A model generated the notes under the pieces. It saw only the letters and a program-made list of their open reading frames with translations, ran no database searches and had not been told where the DNA came from. 64,000 bases of DNA from the NCBI RefSeq assembly GCF_009914755.1, contig NC_060932.1. The stretch is one strand, 5' to 3'. This document shows, piece after piece, positions 1 through 16,300 of the stretch. The position numbers and the translations under genes are program-made. The DNA comes from the human T2T-CHM13v2.0 reference genome, Homo sapiens. The first letter of the stretch is position 1. Every line of letters starts with the position of its first letter.

Positions 1-198
1 TTTTTTCACTATAGGAAGAGGCTGCTTCCTACAACGAATAAATGAAGGTTTATGCTTCACTCTGATTTCACCAAAGATTGCCACCAGGGAAATATCATAT
101 TCTAGTAAATATGTAAGAGTTTCGTAAAGCAATATCAAACCTGGTGAGTGTCAAAACTCATATTTGTTCTTGTTGCTTTCACTGAAAGATTTTACATA

Positions 199-225
199 TA
201 TCTATCTATCTATCTATCTATCTAT
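199..225. repeat. (TATC)n tetranucleotide microsatellite
   Basis: tatctatctatctatctatctatctat read directly. Confidence 0.95.
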
Positions 226-624
226 ACATATATTTAGATGTTACTACTAAGACAGTCATGGCGTCCTTGTCTTTACTAGTCTACCTCAAGTTCTATATAA
301 CCAAATTTATCTGTGAATCTTTTTATCTGATTGTAAAGTGGAAATATTCCCTTGTTTGCACTCACTCGAGTTCACTGTAAGAATGGGGTGCAAGTCAATG
401 GTAATATGACAGTGGCCAATCGGCTTCGGATTTGCAACATTTAGTCTTATCAGAATAGGCTGCCAACATCAGCCGTTGAATCTCTTTTGGAAATGGCATT
501 TTACCATAGACATCCTCACAAGAATCCCTTTGAAGCCCTCATTCTCTGCTATGTGAAGGAAATTAAAAGGGACATAATGGAGTTAAAAAGGACCACTCCC
601 TTAAAACTTTTAAGCAAATTGTAC

Positions 625-980
625 CGTATTAGTTTGTTTTCATGCTACTGATATAGACATACCTGAGACTGTGCAATATTTAAAAGAAAGAGGTTTAGTG
701 GACTTACAGTTTCACATGGCTGGGGAAGCCTCACAATCATGGTGGAAGGCAAGGAGGAGGAAGTCACATCTTACATGGATAACAACAGGCAAAAAGACAC
801 AGACTGTGCAGAGAAACTTCCCCTTATAAAACTATCAGACCGTATGAGACCCAGTCACTATCATGAGAACATCAGAAGAAACACCTGCCCTCATGATTCA
901 ATCACCTCTTACCAGGTACTTCCCACAACATGTGGAAATTAAAGATGAGATGTGGGTGTGGACATAGCCAAGCCATATCA
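625..980 (-). mobile_element. THE1B 3' LTR
   Basis: Matches reverse THE1B LTR (aaggaggaggaagtcacatcttacatggat ... agccaagccatatca). Confidence 0.92.
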
Positions 981-2136
981 TTTTGTCCCTGGCTTCTCTC
1001 AAATCTCATATCCTCATATTTCAAAACCAATCATGACTTCCCAACAATCCCCCAAAGTCTTAACTCATTTCAGCAGTAACTCAAGTCCACAGCCCAAAGT
1101 CTCATCTGAGACAAGGCAAGTCCCTTCTGTCTATGAGCCTGTAAAATCAAAAGCAAGTTAGTTACTTCCTAGATAAAATGGGGGTACAGGCATTGGGTAA
1201 ATACAGCTGTTCCAAATGGGAGACACTGGCCAAAACAAAGGGGCTACAGGCCCCATGCAAGTCTGAAATCCAATAGGGTGATCAAATCTTAAAGCTCCAA
1301 AATGCTCCCCTTTGATTCCATGTCTCACACCCAGGTCACACTGATGCAAGAGGTAGGTTCCCATGATCTTGAGCAGCTCCACCCCTGTGTCTTTCTAGAG
1401 TACAGCCTCCCATGTGGCTGCTTTCATCGGCTGGCGTTGAGTGTCTGTGGCTTTTCCAGATGCAAGCTCTCAGTGGATCTACCATTCTTGGGTTTGGAGG
1501 ATGGTGGCCCTCTTCTCACAGCTCCACTATGCGCTGCCCCGGTAGGGACTCTGTGTGGGGATTCTGACCCCACATTTCCCTTTTGCACTGTCCTAGCAGA
1601 GGTTTTCCACGATGGCATTGCCCCTGCAGCAAACGTCTGTGGGGGCATTCAGGTATTTCCATACATCCTCTGAAATCCAGGCAGTAGTTCCCAAACCCCA
1701 ATTCTTGACTCTTGGGCACTGGAAGGCTCTATACCACATAGAAGCTGCCAAGGCTTGAGGCTTGCACCCTCTGAAGCCATGGCTTGAGCTCTGTGTTGTC
1801 CCCTTTCAGCTTTGACTGGAGCAGCTGAGACTCAGGACACCAAGTCCCTAGGCTGCACTCAGCATGGGGACCCTGGACCTGGGCCACAGAACCACTTTTT
1901 CCTCCTAGGCCTCCAGGCCTGTGATGAGAGGGGGTGCTGTGAAGACCTCTGACATCCTCTGGAGAGACATTTTCCCCATTGTCTTGGGGATTAACACTCA
2001 GCTCCTTGTTACTTATGCAAATTTCTGCAGCCAGCAAGAATTTCATCTCAGAAAATGGGATTTTCTTTTCAATTGCATTGTCAGGCTGCAAATTTTCCAA
2101 ACTTTTATGCTTTGTTTCACTTTTAAAACTGAACAC

Positions 2137-2784
<648 letters not shown>

Positions 2785-2880
2785 ACTGTTCTAACCTCTG
2801 CCTGTTACCCAGTTCCAAAGTCACTTCCACATTTTCAGGTATCTTTTCAGTAATGCCCCACTCTACTGTTACCAATTTAC

Positions 2881-3237
2881 TGTATTAGCCCATTCTCATG
2901 GCTCTCAGAAAGACACACCTGAGACTGGGCAATTTACAAAAGAAAGAGGTTTAATGGACTTAGGGTTCCAGATGGCTGGGGAAGTATCACAATCATGGTG
3001 GAATGCAAGGAGGAGCAAGTCAAGTTAAGACATGGATGGCAGCAGGCAAAGAGAGAAATTGTGTAGGGAAACTACCCTTTTAAAAAAATCCATTAGATCT
3101 TGTGAGACTTATTCACTGTCATGAAAACAGCATGGGAAAGACCTGCCCCCATGATTCAATAACCTCCCACCAGATACCTCCCACAACACGTGGGAATTCA
3201 AATGAGATTTGGGTGGGGACACAGCCAAACCACATCA
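2881..3237 (-). mobile_element. THE1B 5' LTR
   Basis: tgtattagcc ... acagccaaaccacatca. Adjoins the THE1-int start (reverse of gtaaattggtaacagtagagtgggg). ATTAAA poly(A) signal on - at 2950-2955. Confidence 0.92.
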
Positions 3238-4171
3238 TGTAGTTTAATAATAGCCACTTTTTAAAGGTTTGTCATGTTTTGGCAGAGTAAGACATGTATC
3301 TATCAGGAACACTATTTATTAATTTCCAATATTTTGAAACTATTAGCAGTTAGACCATTCTTAATAATAGATTTAAATGTGAAGGTAAATAGGCTTGTCA
3401 GAACTGGTTAATCAATCAACCAACAAATCAGTCAATCTTTCTTTCACCAAACTAATTTTTTGTGCCAGTGATAGAATAGGCATATTATGTCTTAAAAAAC
3501 TTGTTTTATTCACCAGTCATTTATTTGAAATAAGGTTGTTAGCTGATATCAGTGCACTTGTAGTATGTGTTTTTTTGTGATTTAATTAAGAAAGTATCAT
3601 ACTTTCTATGTCTGTAAATTGGGAAGAGGTATGACTGTTGTAACTAGTTGCTGGAGTTGTTGTAAGAACCTGGCTCCAACTCAGTATTCAATATAATCAA
3701 CTAATATTATTTTATTGTATTACGATTTTGATCATGACTATTACCTTTCAATTTGATGCTTTTATGGCATAATCAATCTATTGTTAAAGTGCCTATTTTG
3801 GTACACCTTCCATCTTTGTCTGAGAAAGCATTCTTTTCAAGAGATTATTTATTTCTTAATAGTGGATTGAATGGTGAGAAAGAGAGATTCTGTGGTATGT
3901 CTGGCAATCAACAAAATATGAGAGTTTTTCTGAAATGCTTATTTTTAGGCCTCAGAGTTTAAACACTGGACATTTGCTTCTCTGAATCATCTTCCTGATC
4001 AAATAATAAAAAATCTGTTTTGACATTTTCTTTTTCATATTTCATACATCTGTTATGACATAACAAACAAGGGAAGCACTTGGTGAGAATCTGGAGGAGG
4101 ATGTATATACATAAACTGAATTTCTACTTGAAAAGTATTAATTGTACCTTAGTATTAAAGTGGATGAGTTG

Positions 4172-5069
4172 AGGAGCCAAGATGGCCGAATAGGAACAGC
4201 TCCGGTCTACAGTTCCCAGCGTGAGCGACGCAGAAGACGGGTGATTTCTGCATTTCCATCTGAGCTACCGGGTTCATCTCACTAGGGAGTGCCAGACACT
4301 GGGCGCAGGTCAGTGGGTGCATGCACCGTGCACGAGCCGAAGCAGGGCAAGGCATTGCCTCACTCGGGAAGCGCAAGGGGTCAGGGAGTTCCCTTTCCAA
4401 GTCAAAGAAAGGGGTGATGGACAGCACCTGGAAAATCGGGTCACTCCCACCCGAATACTGCACTTTTCCGACGGGCTTAAAAAACGGCTCACCACGAGAT
4501 TATAACCTGCACCTGGCTCGGAGGGTACTACGCCCACAGAGTCTCGCTGATTGCTAGCACAGCAGTCTGAGATCAAACTGCAAGGCGGCAGCGAGGCTGG
4601 GGGAGGGGCGCCCGCCATTGCCCAGGCTTGATTAGGTAAACAAAGCAGCCAGGAAGCTCCAACTGGGTGGAGCCCACCACAGCTCAAGAAGGCCTGCCTG
4701 CCTCTGTAGGCTCCACCTCTGGGGGCAGGGTACAGACAAACAAAAAGACAACAGTAACTTCTGCAGACTTAAATGTCCCTGTCTGACAGCTTTGAAGAGA
4801 GCAGTGGTTCTCCGAGCACGCAGCTGGAGATCTGAGAACGGGCAGACTGCCTCCTCAAGTGGGTCCCTGACCCCTGACTGCCAAGCAGCCTAACTGGGAG
4901 GCACCGCCCAGCAGGGGCACACTGACACCTCACACGGCAGGGTATTCCAACAGACTTGCAGCTGAGGGTCCTGTCTGTTAGAAGGAAAACTAACAGAAAG
5001 GACATCCACACCAAAAACCCATCTGTACATCACCATCATCAAAGACCAAAAGTAGATAAAACCACAAAG
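4172..5069 (+). promoter_or_regulatory. L1 5'UTR sense and antisense promoter with YY1 site
   Basis: caagatggcc YY1 motif at about 4178-4187; CpG-rich relative to the flanks. Confidence 0.8.
4310..4618 (-). CDS. ORF0: L1 antisense ORF0, open 102-codon form
   Basis: ATG at 4618 (-) gives MAGAPPPASLPPCSLISDCCASNQRDSVGV, the ORF0 N-terminus; open to the stop at 4310. Expression not shown. Confidence 0.55.
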   Translation of the reverse strand: MAGAPPPASLPPCSLISDCCASNQRDSVGVVPSEPGAGYNLVVSRFLSPSEKCSIRVGVTRFSRCCPSPLSLTWKGNSLTPCASRVRQCLALLRLVHGACTH

Positions 5070-6084
5070 ATGGGGAAAAAACAACAGAAAAACTGGAAAC
5101 TCTAAAAATCAGAGCGCCTCTCCTCCTCCAAAGGAATGCAGCTCCTCACCAGCAACAGAACAAAGCTGGACGGAGAATGACTTTGAGGAGCTGAGAGAAG
5201 AAGGCTTCAGATGATCAAATTACTCTGAGCTACTGGAGGACATTCAAACCAAAGACAAAAAAGTTGAAAACTTTGAAAAAAATTTAGAAGAATGTATAAC
5301 TAGAATAACCAATACAGAGAAGTGCTTAAAGGAGCTGATGGAGCTGAAAACCAAGGCTCGAGAACTATGTGAAGAATGCAGAAGCCTCAGGAGCCGTTGC
5401 GATCAACTGGAAGAAAGGGTATCAGCAATGGAAGATGAAATGAATGAAATGAAGCGAGAAGGGAAGTTTAGAGAAAAAAGAATAAAAAGAAATGAGCAAA
5501 GCCTCCAAGAAATATGGGACTATGTCAAAAGACCAAATCTATGTCTGATTGGTGTACCTGAAAGTGATGGGGAGAATGGAACCAAGTTGGAAAACACGCT
5601 GCAGGATATTATCCAGGAGAACTTCCCCAATCTAGCCAGGCAGGCCAACATTCAGATTCAGGAAATACAGAGAACGCCACAAAGATACTCCTTGAGAAGA
5701 GCAACTCCAAGACACATAATTGTCAGATTCACCAAAGTTGAAATGAAGGAAAAAATGTTAAGGGCAGCCAGAGAGAAAGGTGGGGTTACCCTCAAAGGGA
5801 AGCCCATCAGACTAACAGCGGATCTCTCGGCAGAAACCCTACAAGCCAGAAGAGACTGGGGGCCAATATTCCACATTCTTAAAGAAAATAATTTTCAATC
5901 CAGAATTTCATATCCAGCCAAACTAAGCTTCATAAGCAAAGGAGAAATAAAATACTTTACAGACAAGCAAATGCTGAGAGATTTTGTCACCACCAGGCCT
6001 GCCCTTAAAGAGCTCCTGAAGGAAGCGCTAAATATGGAAAGGAACAACCGGTACCAGCCGCTGCAAAATCATGCCAAAATGTAA
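5070..6084 (+). pseudogene. L1 ORF1p, disrupted
   Basis: ATG at 5070, then a 2-bp deletion near codon 5 and CGA>TGA at 5212-5214. The C-terminal 248 aa (5338-6084, ending RYQPLQNHAKM) are open. Confidence 0.93.
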
Positions 6085-6147
6085 AGACCATCGAGACTAG
6101 GAAGAAACTGCATCAACTAACAAGCAAAATAACCAGCTAACATCATA

Positions 6148-9971
<3,824 letters not shown>

Positions 9972-11214
9972 ACAATGAGATCACATGGACACAGGAAGGG
10001 GAATATCACACTCTGGGGACTGTTGTGGGATGGGGGGAGGGGGAGGGATAGCATTGGGAGATATAACTAATGCTAGATGACGAGTTGGTGCAGCGCACCA
10101 GCATGGCACATGTATACATATGTAACTAACCTGCACAATGTGCACATGTACCCTAAAACTTAAAGTATACTAATAAAAAAAAAAGAAGAAAGAGAAAGTG
10201 AAAAAAATAAATAAATAAAATAAAGTGGATGAGTTGCATATATTATGGAATCTTTTGGTCAAACAACTCCAGCAAATTTTAAATAATGGCTCCACAATCA
10301 CTATAATATCTAAGGGAGGAAAGGCACATAGTCAATAAAGTATATTTTACTAAAAACTCGTCTGGCATATTAAGTGTCGTATCTTTATGAATTTTTCAAG
10401 ATGAAAATTAATGACTCATAGAGGCAAATTTTCCCAAAATAATTAGAATCACAACCATTTTCATATTATTTTTGAAGTATGTAAACTTTAACATAGGATC
10501 AGCTTCTTTCAAGTTCAAACCCTTTGTCATTTTTTTCAGCATACTTTATATATACCTGTTTTCCATTCAAATAAGTGCACTTAAGCAGATATATTAGCTT
10601 CCCAACCTATAATAAAGATGGTAATCATCCACTCCTATTAATTTGCTTACTGAAAAAAACAATCTCACAGTAGTAGGTTTAATAGATTTTAGTGCACCAA
10701 GGGCTCCTATTGACCCTTAAAACAGCAGATGACACATGGTGATATACTAAAGCATCCCCCTTAGTCACAAGCTCCCAGTATTTTAATTGCATTCATGATA
10801 GTTCTTGTTGATTCCATTTTTAAATGTCACTGCTGGCCAGGGTTCATAATAAGCTCCTTTTTTCCCCTCTGGTGATTTTCTAAGCCATTCAAGACTTAGA
10901 ATCTGAACACTCCTAATCAGAGTAAATAAAAAATAAATACATAAGGCCTAATGAGGAAAAAGCTGCGCTGAAAATAAATCATCATAAGTATTATCATTTT
11001 GTAGACATTCTGATTTGCACTTTTAGGAAGTTTTTTCTGAAACAATGACCAAAGTTTTGTCATTCTTTCTCAAATTAAATCAGCCAACTAGTCAACAAAT
11101 ATTTATTGAGAAACTACTTCGTTCTCATAAATGAGTTTGAAACTTTTTGCTGTTCTCAGCCTGTAGAAAGGAAAACTTTTTATCTTGCAACCCAATACTC
11201 AAACTTACACGCAT

Positions 11215-11232
11215 ACACACACACACACACAC
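11215..11232. repeat. (AC)n microsatellite
   Basis: Direct reading. Confidence 0.9.
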
Positions 11233-11289
11233 GTACACATGTACTCACAGGCATTTATACATACATCTGAAAAATATGCCTCAAAAACA

Positions 11290-11422
11290 ATACTTATGGG
11301 TTTTGTGTGAGACTAATTCTGATATTTTCTATGTTAATTCATTTTCTATAAATTATAATCACAAGGTACTAAACTGATTTAACAACCCACCAATGTATCA
11401 CAACCTAAGGATTGGAAACCTT
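11290..11422 (+). mobile_element. Probable ancient hAT-Charlie-type MER fragment
   Basis: End ...aacccaccaatgtatcacaacctaaggattggaaaccttg resembles the cagtttgaaaaacactg termini of Charlie MERs; very diverged. Confidence 0.35.
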
Positions 11423-12931
11423 GTTCTAAAAGTGATTCAGCAAACTGCATACTCTAATCCATTATGTATATGTATATGTATATATACATAGAGAGAGAAA
11501 CAAAAAACACTACACAAATTACTATAGACTAATTAAAGCTTTGTTCCTTCAAAAACAAAATATAGCTCCTTAATATTTTGAGTTGAAGAAAGAAAAAAGT
11601 CAGAATTAAGCTTTTATTTGTGTGCATAGCATGGTAACTCTGTGTTTGCTAGGAAGATAATACTAATATTTAATAAGGTAATAGAATTTCTTATTTATAA
11701 GAATAACTTATTTTCTTTGTGGTCACTCTTGTTCCCACTTATTGGCTTTAATTTTCCCCTAGATGAAGAAAAAGATAATTTAAGAATTTAATAGAATTAT
11801 AGTAACAGAGAAAAATGCTATAATTTAAAAAACTTCATCACAATAAATCTAATATCTACAAAATAAACTTTTCGCAGTAATTCTTTAAATTTCTACGTAA
11901 ATTTAATGCTAAATTTCTGACCACCTTGAGTAGGAGCTTCACATAATGGTTTTTTCTAAAGCAAAGTCTTACACAAACAAACTTTGGCTTTGGAATATGT
12001 ATTTATACAAATATTGGATGTTATGGGACTTACCCACACTCCACAGTAAAAACATAAAATTACATTTTGAGTGCATGGATTGCAACCGGCTGAAAACCAG
12101 CCTCTGTGCTTCCTTCTTTTTCCTTTCTCAACTCTGACCTTGTAGAGCCTTCTTTTTCTCATTTGTTACATTGAAATTGTTTTTTCATTTGTTACAAACA
12201 TGTTGTTTAAAAAATTTAATAAAGCTGTAACCCAGAAAGTGAAATGAGTTCTACAGATTTATGTAGAAAGAATTGTTTTACAGACAAACCTCTGGGCCTA
12301 CTAGGATGTCTGCTGCTTTACACTGAGTAGACTCTTCTAGACTGACTCCTGTACCTTTCCTAGCGTGTCTTCTATTTTGGGTCACCCTATACTAAGTCAC
12401 CAATTCTGCCACAGACACGTAAAGGCCCTGCTGTAGACTTAGTGATGTGAAAGAGTCCCATCGTATACACCACACAGACTTTCCACAGCTGCTTACTCCA
12501 ATCACTCTAATTCAGTCTTCCAATTGGCTTCCTATGGGAAACAACAAGTTCCTTCCTTTGTCTCATGTAGAAGGATCTTGCCATATTCATCTTGCATATG
12601 ACATGCTCTCACCACATGGCCTATCATGAAGTTTTTCAATAACAGATCTCTTTTCTAAGAAAATTTCTCAAACACAACACTCCATATATACATGTACTGA
12701 AAGCACCTTATGCAGAGCTCAATAAAAGTCACTTCGCTTTTCTTCAGCACAACCTCTGTTTTCAGCTCTTGTTGAACTGTGGGCTGTAGATACTTCAGTA
12801 CTTGGGAACAAGAGACTTTCAGCAAGTCCACACAATTTATTTGTGTTGTTTTAAAGAAAGGGTGTCCAAATATTTTTATGGTGGACTATAAGAGAAGAAA
12901 TCCATGTATAAAGGTGCTTTTGATTGGTTTT

Positions 12932-13378
12932 CTTTTTTAAAGCCAACTTTATTGAAGCATAATTTACACAGAATAAATTGCACCAATTTTGAGTATACAG
13001 TTGCATGTGTTGTGACACATTTACACACCTGTGTAACCACCAACAAATCTTGACACAATAGTCAAGATAAGAACATTTACGTTACCTAGAAAAGTTTTCT
13101 CATGGCACTGTTCATCGCTCATCCCTGGCCTAAGACAAACAAAGATCTGCTTTCTCAATCTATGGATGAATACTGCCACATTCTGAAAATTCATATAAAT
13201 GAAAGAATATAGTATATACACTTTTATTTCTGGCCTCTTTCACTCAGCTTCTTGTGGAGATTCATCCATGTTGTTGCATTTATAAGTAGTGTGTTTCTTT
13301 TCATTGATAAGTATTATTTTGTTACACAGATAAGCCACACTGTTTATTCACTGTTGATGACATTTTCAATTTGGGGAT
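12932..13378 (-). mobile_element. L1ME-type 3' end fragment
   Basis: actttattgaagcataatttacac...gtgtaaccacc...gagattcatccatgttgttgca, typical reverse L1ME 3' end. Confidence 0.8.
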
Positions 13379-16300
13379 ATATAAACTTTGTACCTCTTCT
13401 AAAATTTAGTATAGTATATGAAAAGTTGTGCAAACCCATATATTATGGGAAACACACTTTTAACTCCACAACAATCTTATCAAGTGAATTTTGAAAAATA
13501 TCCTGATTTTTTATTGCATTCTATTAACATAATTTAGACAGGAAAGGGAAAAGAGGATTGAGATTTATATTGATAAAAAGCTCTAAATTTCTACTCATAT
13601 TCTTACTTTATTTCCAATATACAATTCTGCAGTTTTTACAAATGAGGGCTTCCATTGAGTGCAGGACCATACAGCAATGGTAAATGAATGCAGTCTCTCG
13701 TTTCCATTAATTCAGTGTATTTGAAATTTGAATTCTTACCCTTCCTTGAACAATCAACAATGGCATTGTTCTTTTCCTCACAAATTACAATTCAGCATGT
13801 TTAAGCATCTTGTTACATGAGTAAGAAAGTAAAAAGCCCTTGATCTGAGGAAGCAGCTAAATAAATATCAGTTGGTTTCCAAGAACTAGTCATCTGAAAT
13901 ATTAAAATAAACCAAATGTCAATTCTCTGGTTCATCTTAATTCAAATATCACATAAATTGATAATGATAGAAGGAAGAGTTACTAAAAAAAAAAAAAAAA
14001 AAAACCAGAAGCTTCAGACTTATGTAGTGAAACTGATGTGCAAACTTCACAACAAGAAGCTTATTGATGAAAACTTACCTTTTAAATTGAATGCTGTTAA
14101 AAACACATAATTCTATATTTCATTACAGGACTCTATTTGTAGCAAAGGAGTTCAGCTTTTCCATGTTTAGAGCAAACACATCTAATTCCTTTGTAGCAAG
14201 TAGTTAGATCTTACTAGGAGAAAAAAGTAATACCAAAAGTAGAAACAGTGTGGTTTATATTTTAGATACTCATGGCTTCAAGGCTGGAACTAAATCAAAG
14301 GAGAGAATAAGAAAATGATTGGAAATATGAGTCTGAAAAGAATCATGGCAGAAAGGGATGGGGACTATTAAGCCTTGTTTCTTAGGTAGAAGGGAACTGA
14401 GAGTGATCACCTTTTCACACCTTCAAATACTTCTATGAATGAGTCATAAAAGATTATCTCACCCTGTACTCTCTTGCACTCATTTCAAACTCTTCTCCAG
14501 CTACATTTCAAATCTGGATTTATTAAATTCATGAATAAGTCATTTCAATTTTGAAGCTCTTCAAAAAAAGAAAACATAGACGTATTATGAACTTTAAGAA
14601 TTAAGCACACGCTTCCACTTGTCCTTCTGTTTTTTAGTACTCATTCTGCATGCAACTATTCATTCTCTTTACTAGCTTCAAGTCATCTACAAATTAGATC
14701 AAAAGAGCCTTCTACTTTTTTCCATCCCAATTACTCACACATTATGAATAGAAGACAGGAGATGAAGCCCTGTGACTCACAACTGGACATCTCTTTGTAG
14801 GTTTATTAAGGTCAGCAACTTTGGGAAAAATCATGGTCTTCTAATCTATCAAATTTATAAGCATGGAGTCTCATGTGTCACTTATAACAAAGACAACACT
14901 ACAAAGAATTCCCTAATTTTCCCACTGTCTCTCCACATCTTTTACTTCCTTGGAGGAAGTGTAATTTTTACCTTAAAAACAAACAAACAAACAGACAAAA
15001 CACTTCCCTCTTACTTCCAGGTCCTATTATCTTTCTACTGCACTAGAAGGCAGAGTGGCTGAAGTAGAGTCAGAGAGGAGATGGGTAGAAATGCCAAATC
15101 CCACAAAGGTACTGTGTTCTAAGTGTCATAAGAGGATTTTTAAGGAATGTAAACAGGTAATGATATGTCTGATTTCACTTGATTGAACAGGAAAAGAAAA
15201 TCCACTTGATCCACGAATAGCATCTTCCTATTCACATGACTTGCTTTTATGGGGTTTTCTGGCTGGAAAAAGTTGCAGAGTATAGAATCCAGAGGCCTAA
15301 GATGATGCTTCCCCATGCTTGTGTATGAATCTCAGTCAATGGAAATTTAAAAATTCATGTTTCATTCTGCTCCTCTCTTTCTTTCAAATGTGCTTTGTGT
15401 TATGTATGATATTTAATATGTGCATTGATTTCACAGAAAGGGAAACAAATAAGAAACAAATTCAGACTACAGAAGCTGTGTCCAGGCATATCCTCCTCAT
15501 GCAACCATCTGTCTCATCTGACCCCAAGAGGGAATTCTAATAATGTTATCATTCGATTCCCGTTTCAGGCACTTTGCATTTTTATATATGCTAAAGAATT
15601 CAGCAAGTCATCCAACTGGCATAAGCAATAGGAAAACTTCCTTTAGAGCACAGGTGTACAAGCAAACAAACCCTTTCTGTGCTTGGAAATGGATCCTATC
15701 AGTGTAGCAAACTTCTCAGCAGTGTGCTAAGCTAGCAAGAAAAGGTGGAAGAGCACATCAGTCAGGGAGAGTGAACAGATGGGGATCACCTCTTCTCACC
15801 TTCTAGCACAGAAGGAAATAGATACTGTCACCCCAAACTGTCTTTTTTTCAGCCGTATTGCAGAGCAAGCAAGCAAGCAGTGGAGTATTAAAGTATGTTA
15901 GGGTTAACCAGCTGGTTAGCTCTGGGTGCCCTGGAGAGAGAACCTCATGCCACAGAGGCTGTATGGGGGCAGTGGGTTGTAAATATATTTTAAAAACAAA
16001 ACTATATCAGGAATATATCCTAGCAGAATTAGCATGAATAGTTAAACATAATGCAAATGGTCAAACTCAGGTTCTGAACTTATCACTGAAACCTAGATGG
16101 AAGTCTCATGATATTAAAGAACTTTCTTTATGACCAGCTCTCAGCATGATTTTGCTTTGTTCCGCCACCTTGTTGCAAAAACTGGGATTCCATATTCAGA
16201 AATTAAATCCTTAACTTCCTAAGTCTACTTTTATTTTTTTTTCAAAATACAACGCATATCTAAGTTAGAGCAAGCAGAGATTAATAACACAATTTTGTTT

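Noticed and set aside
412-440. ggccaatcgg CCAAT box as a promoter
   Set aside because: Single motif with no CpG island or downstream exon evidence.
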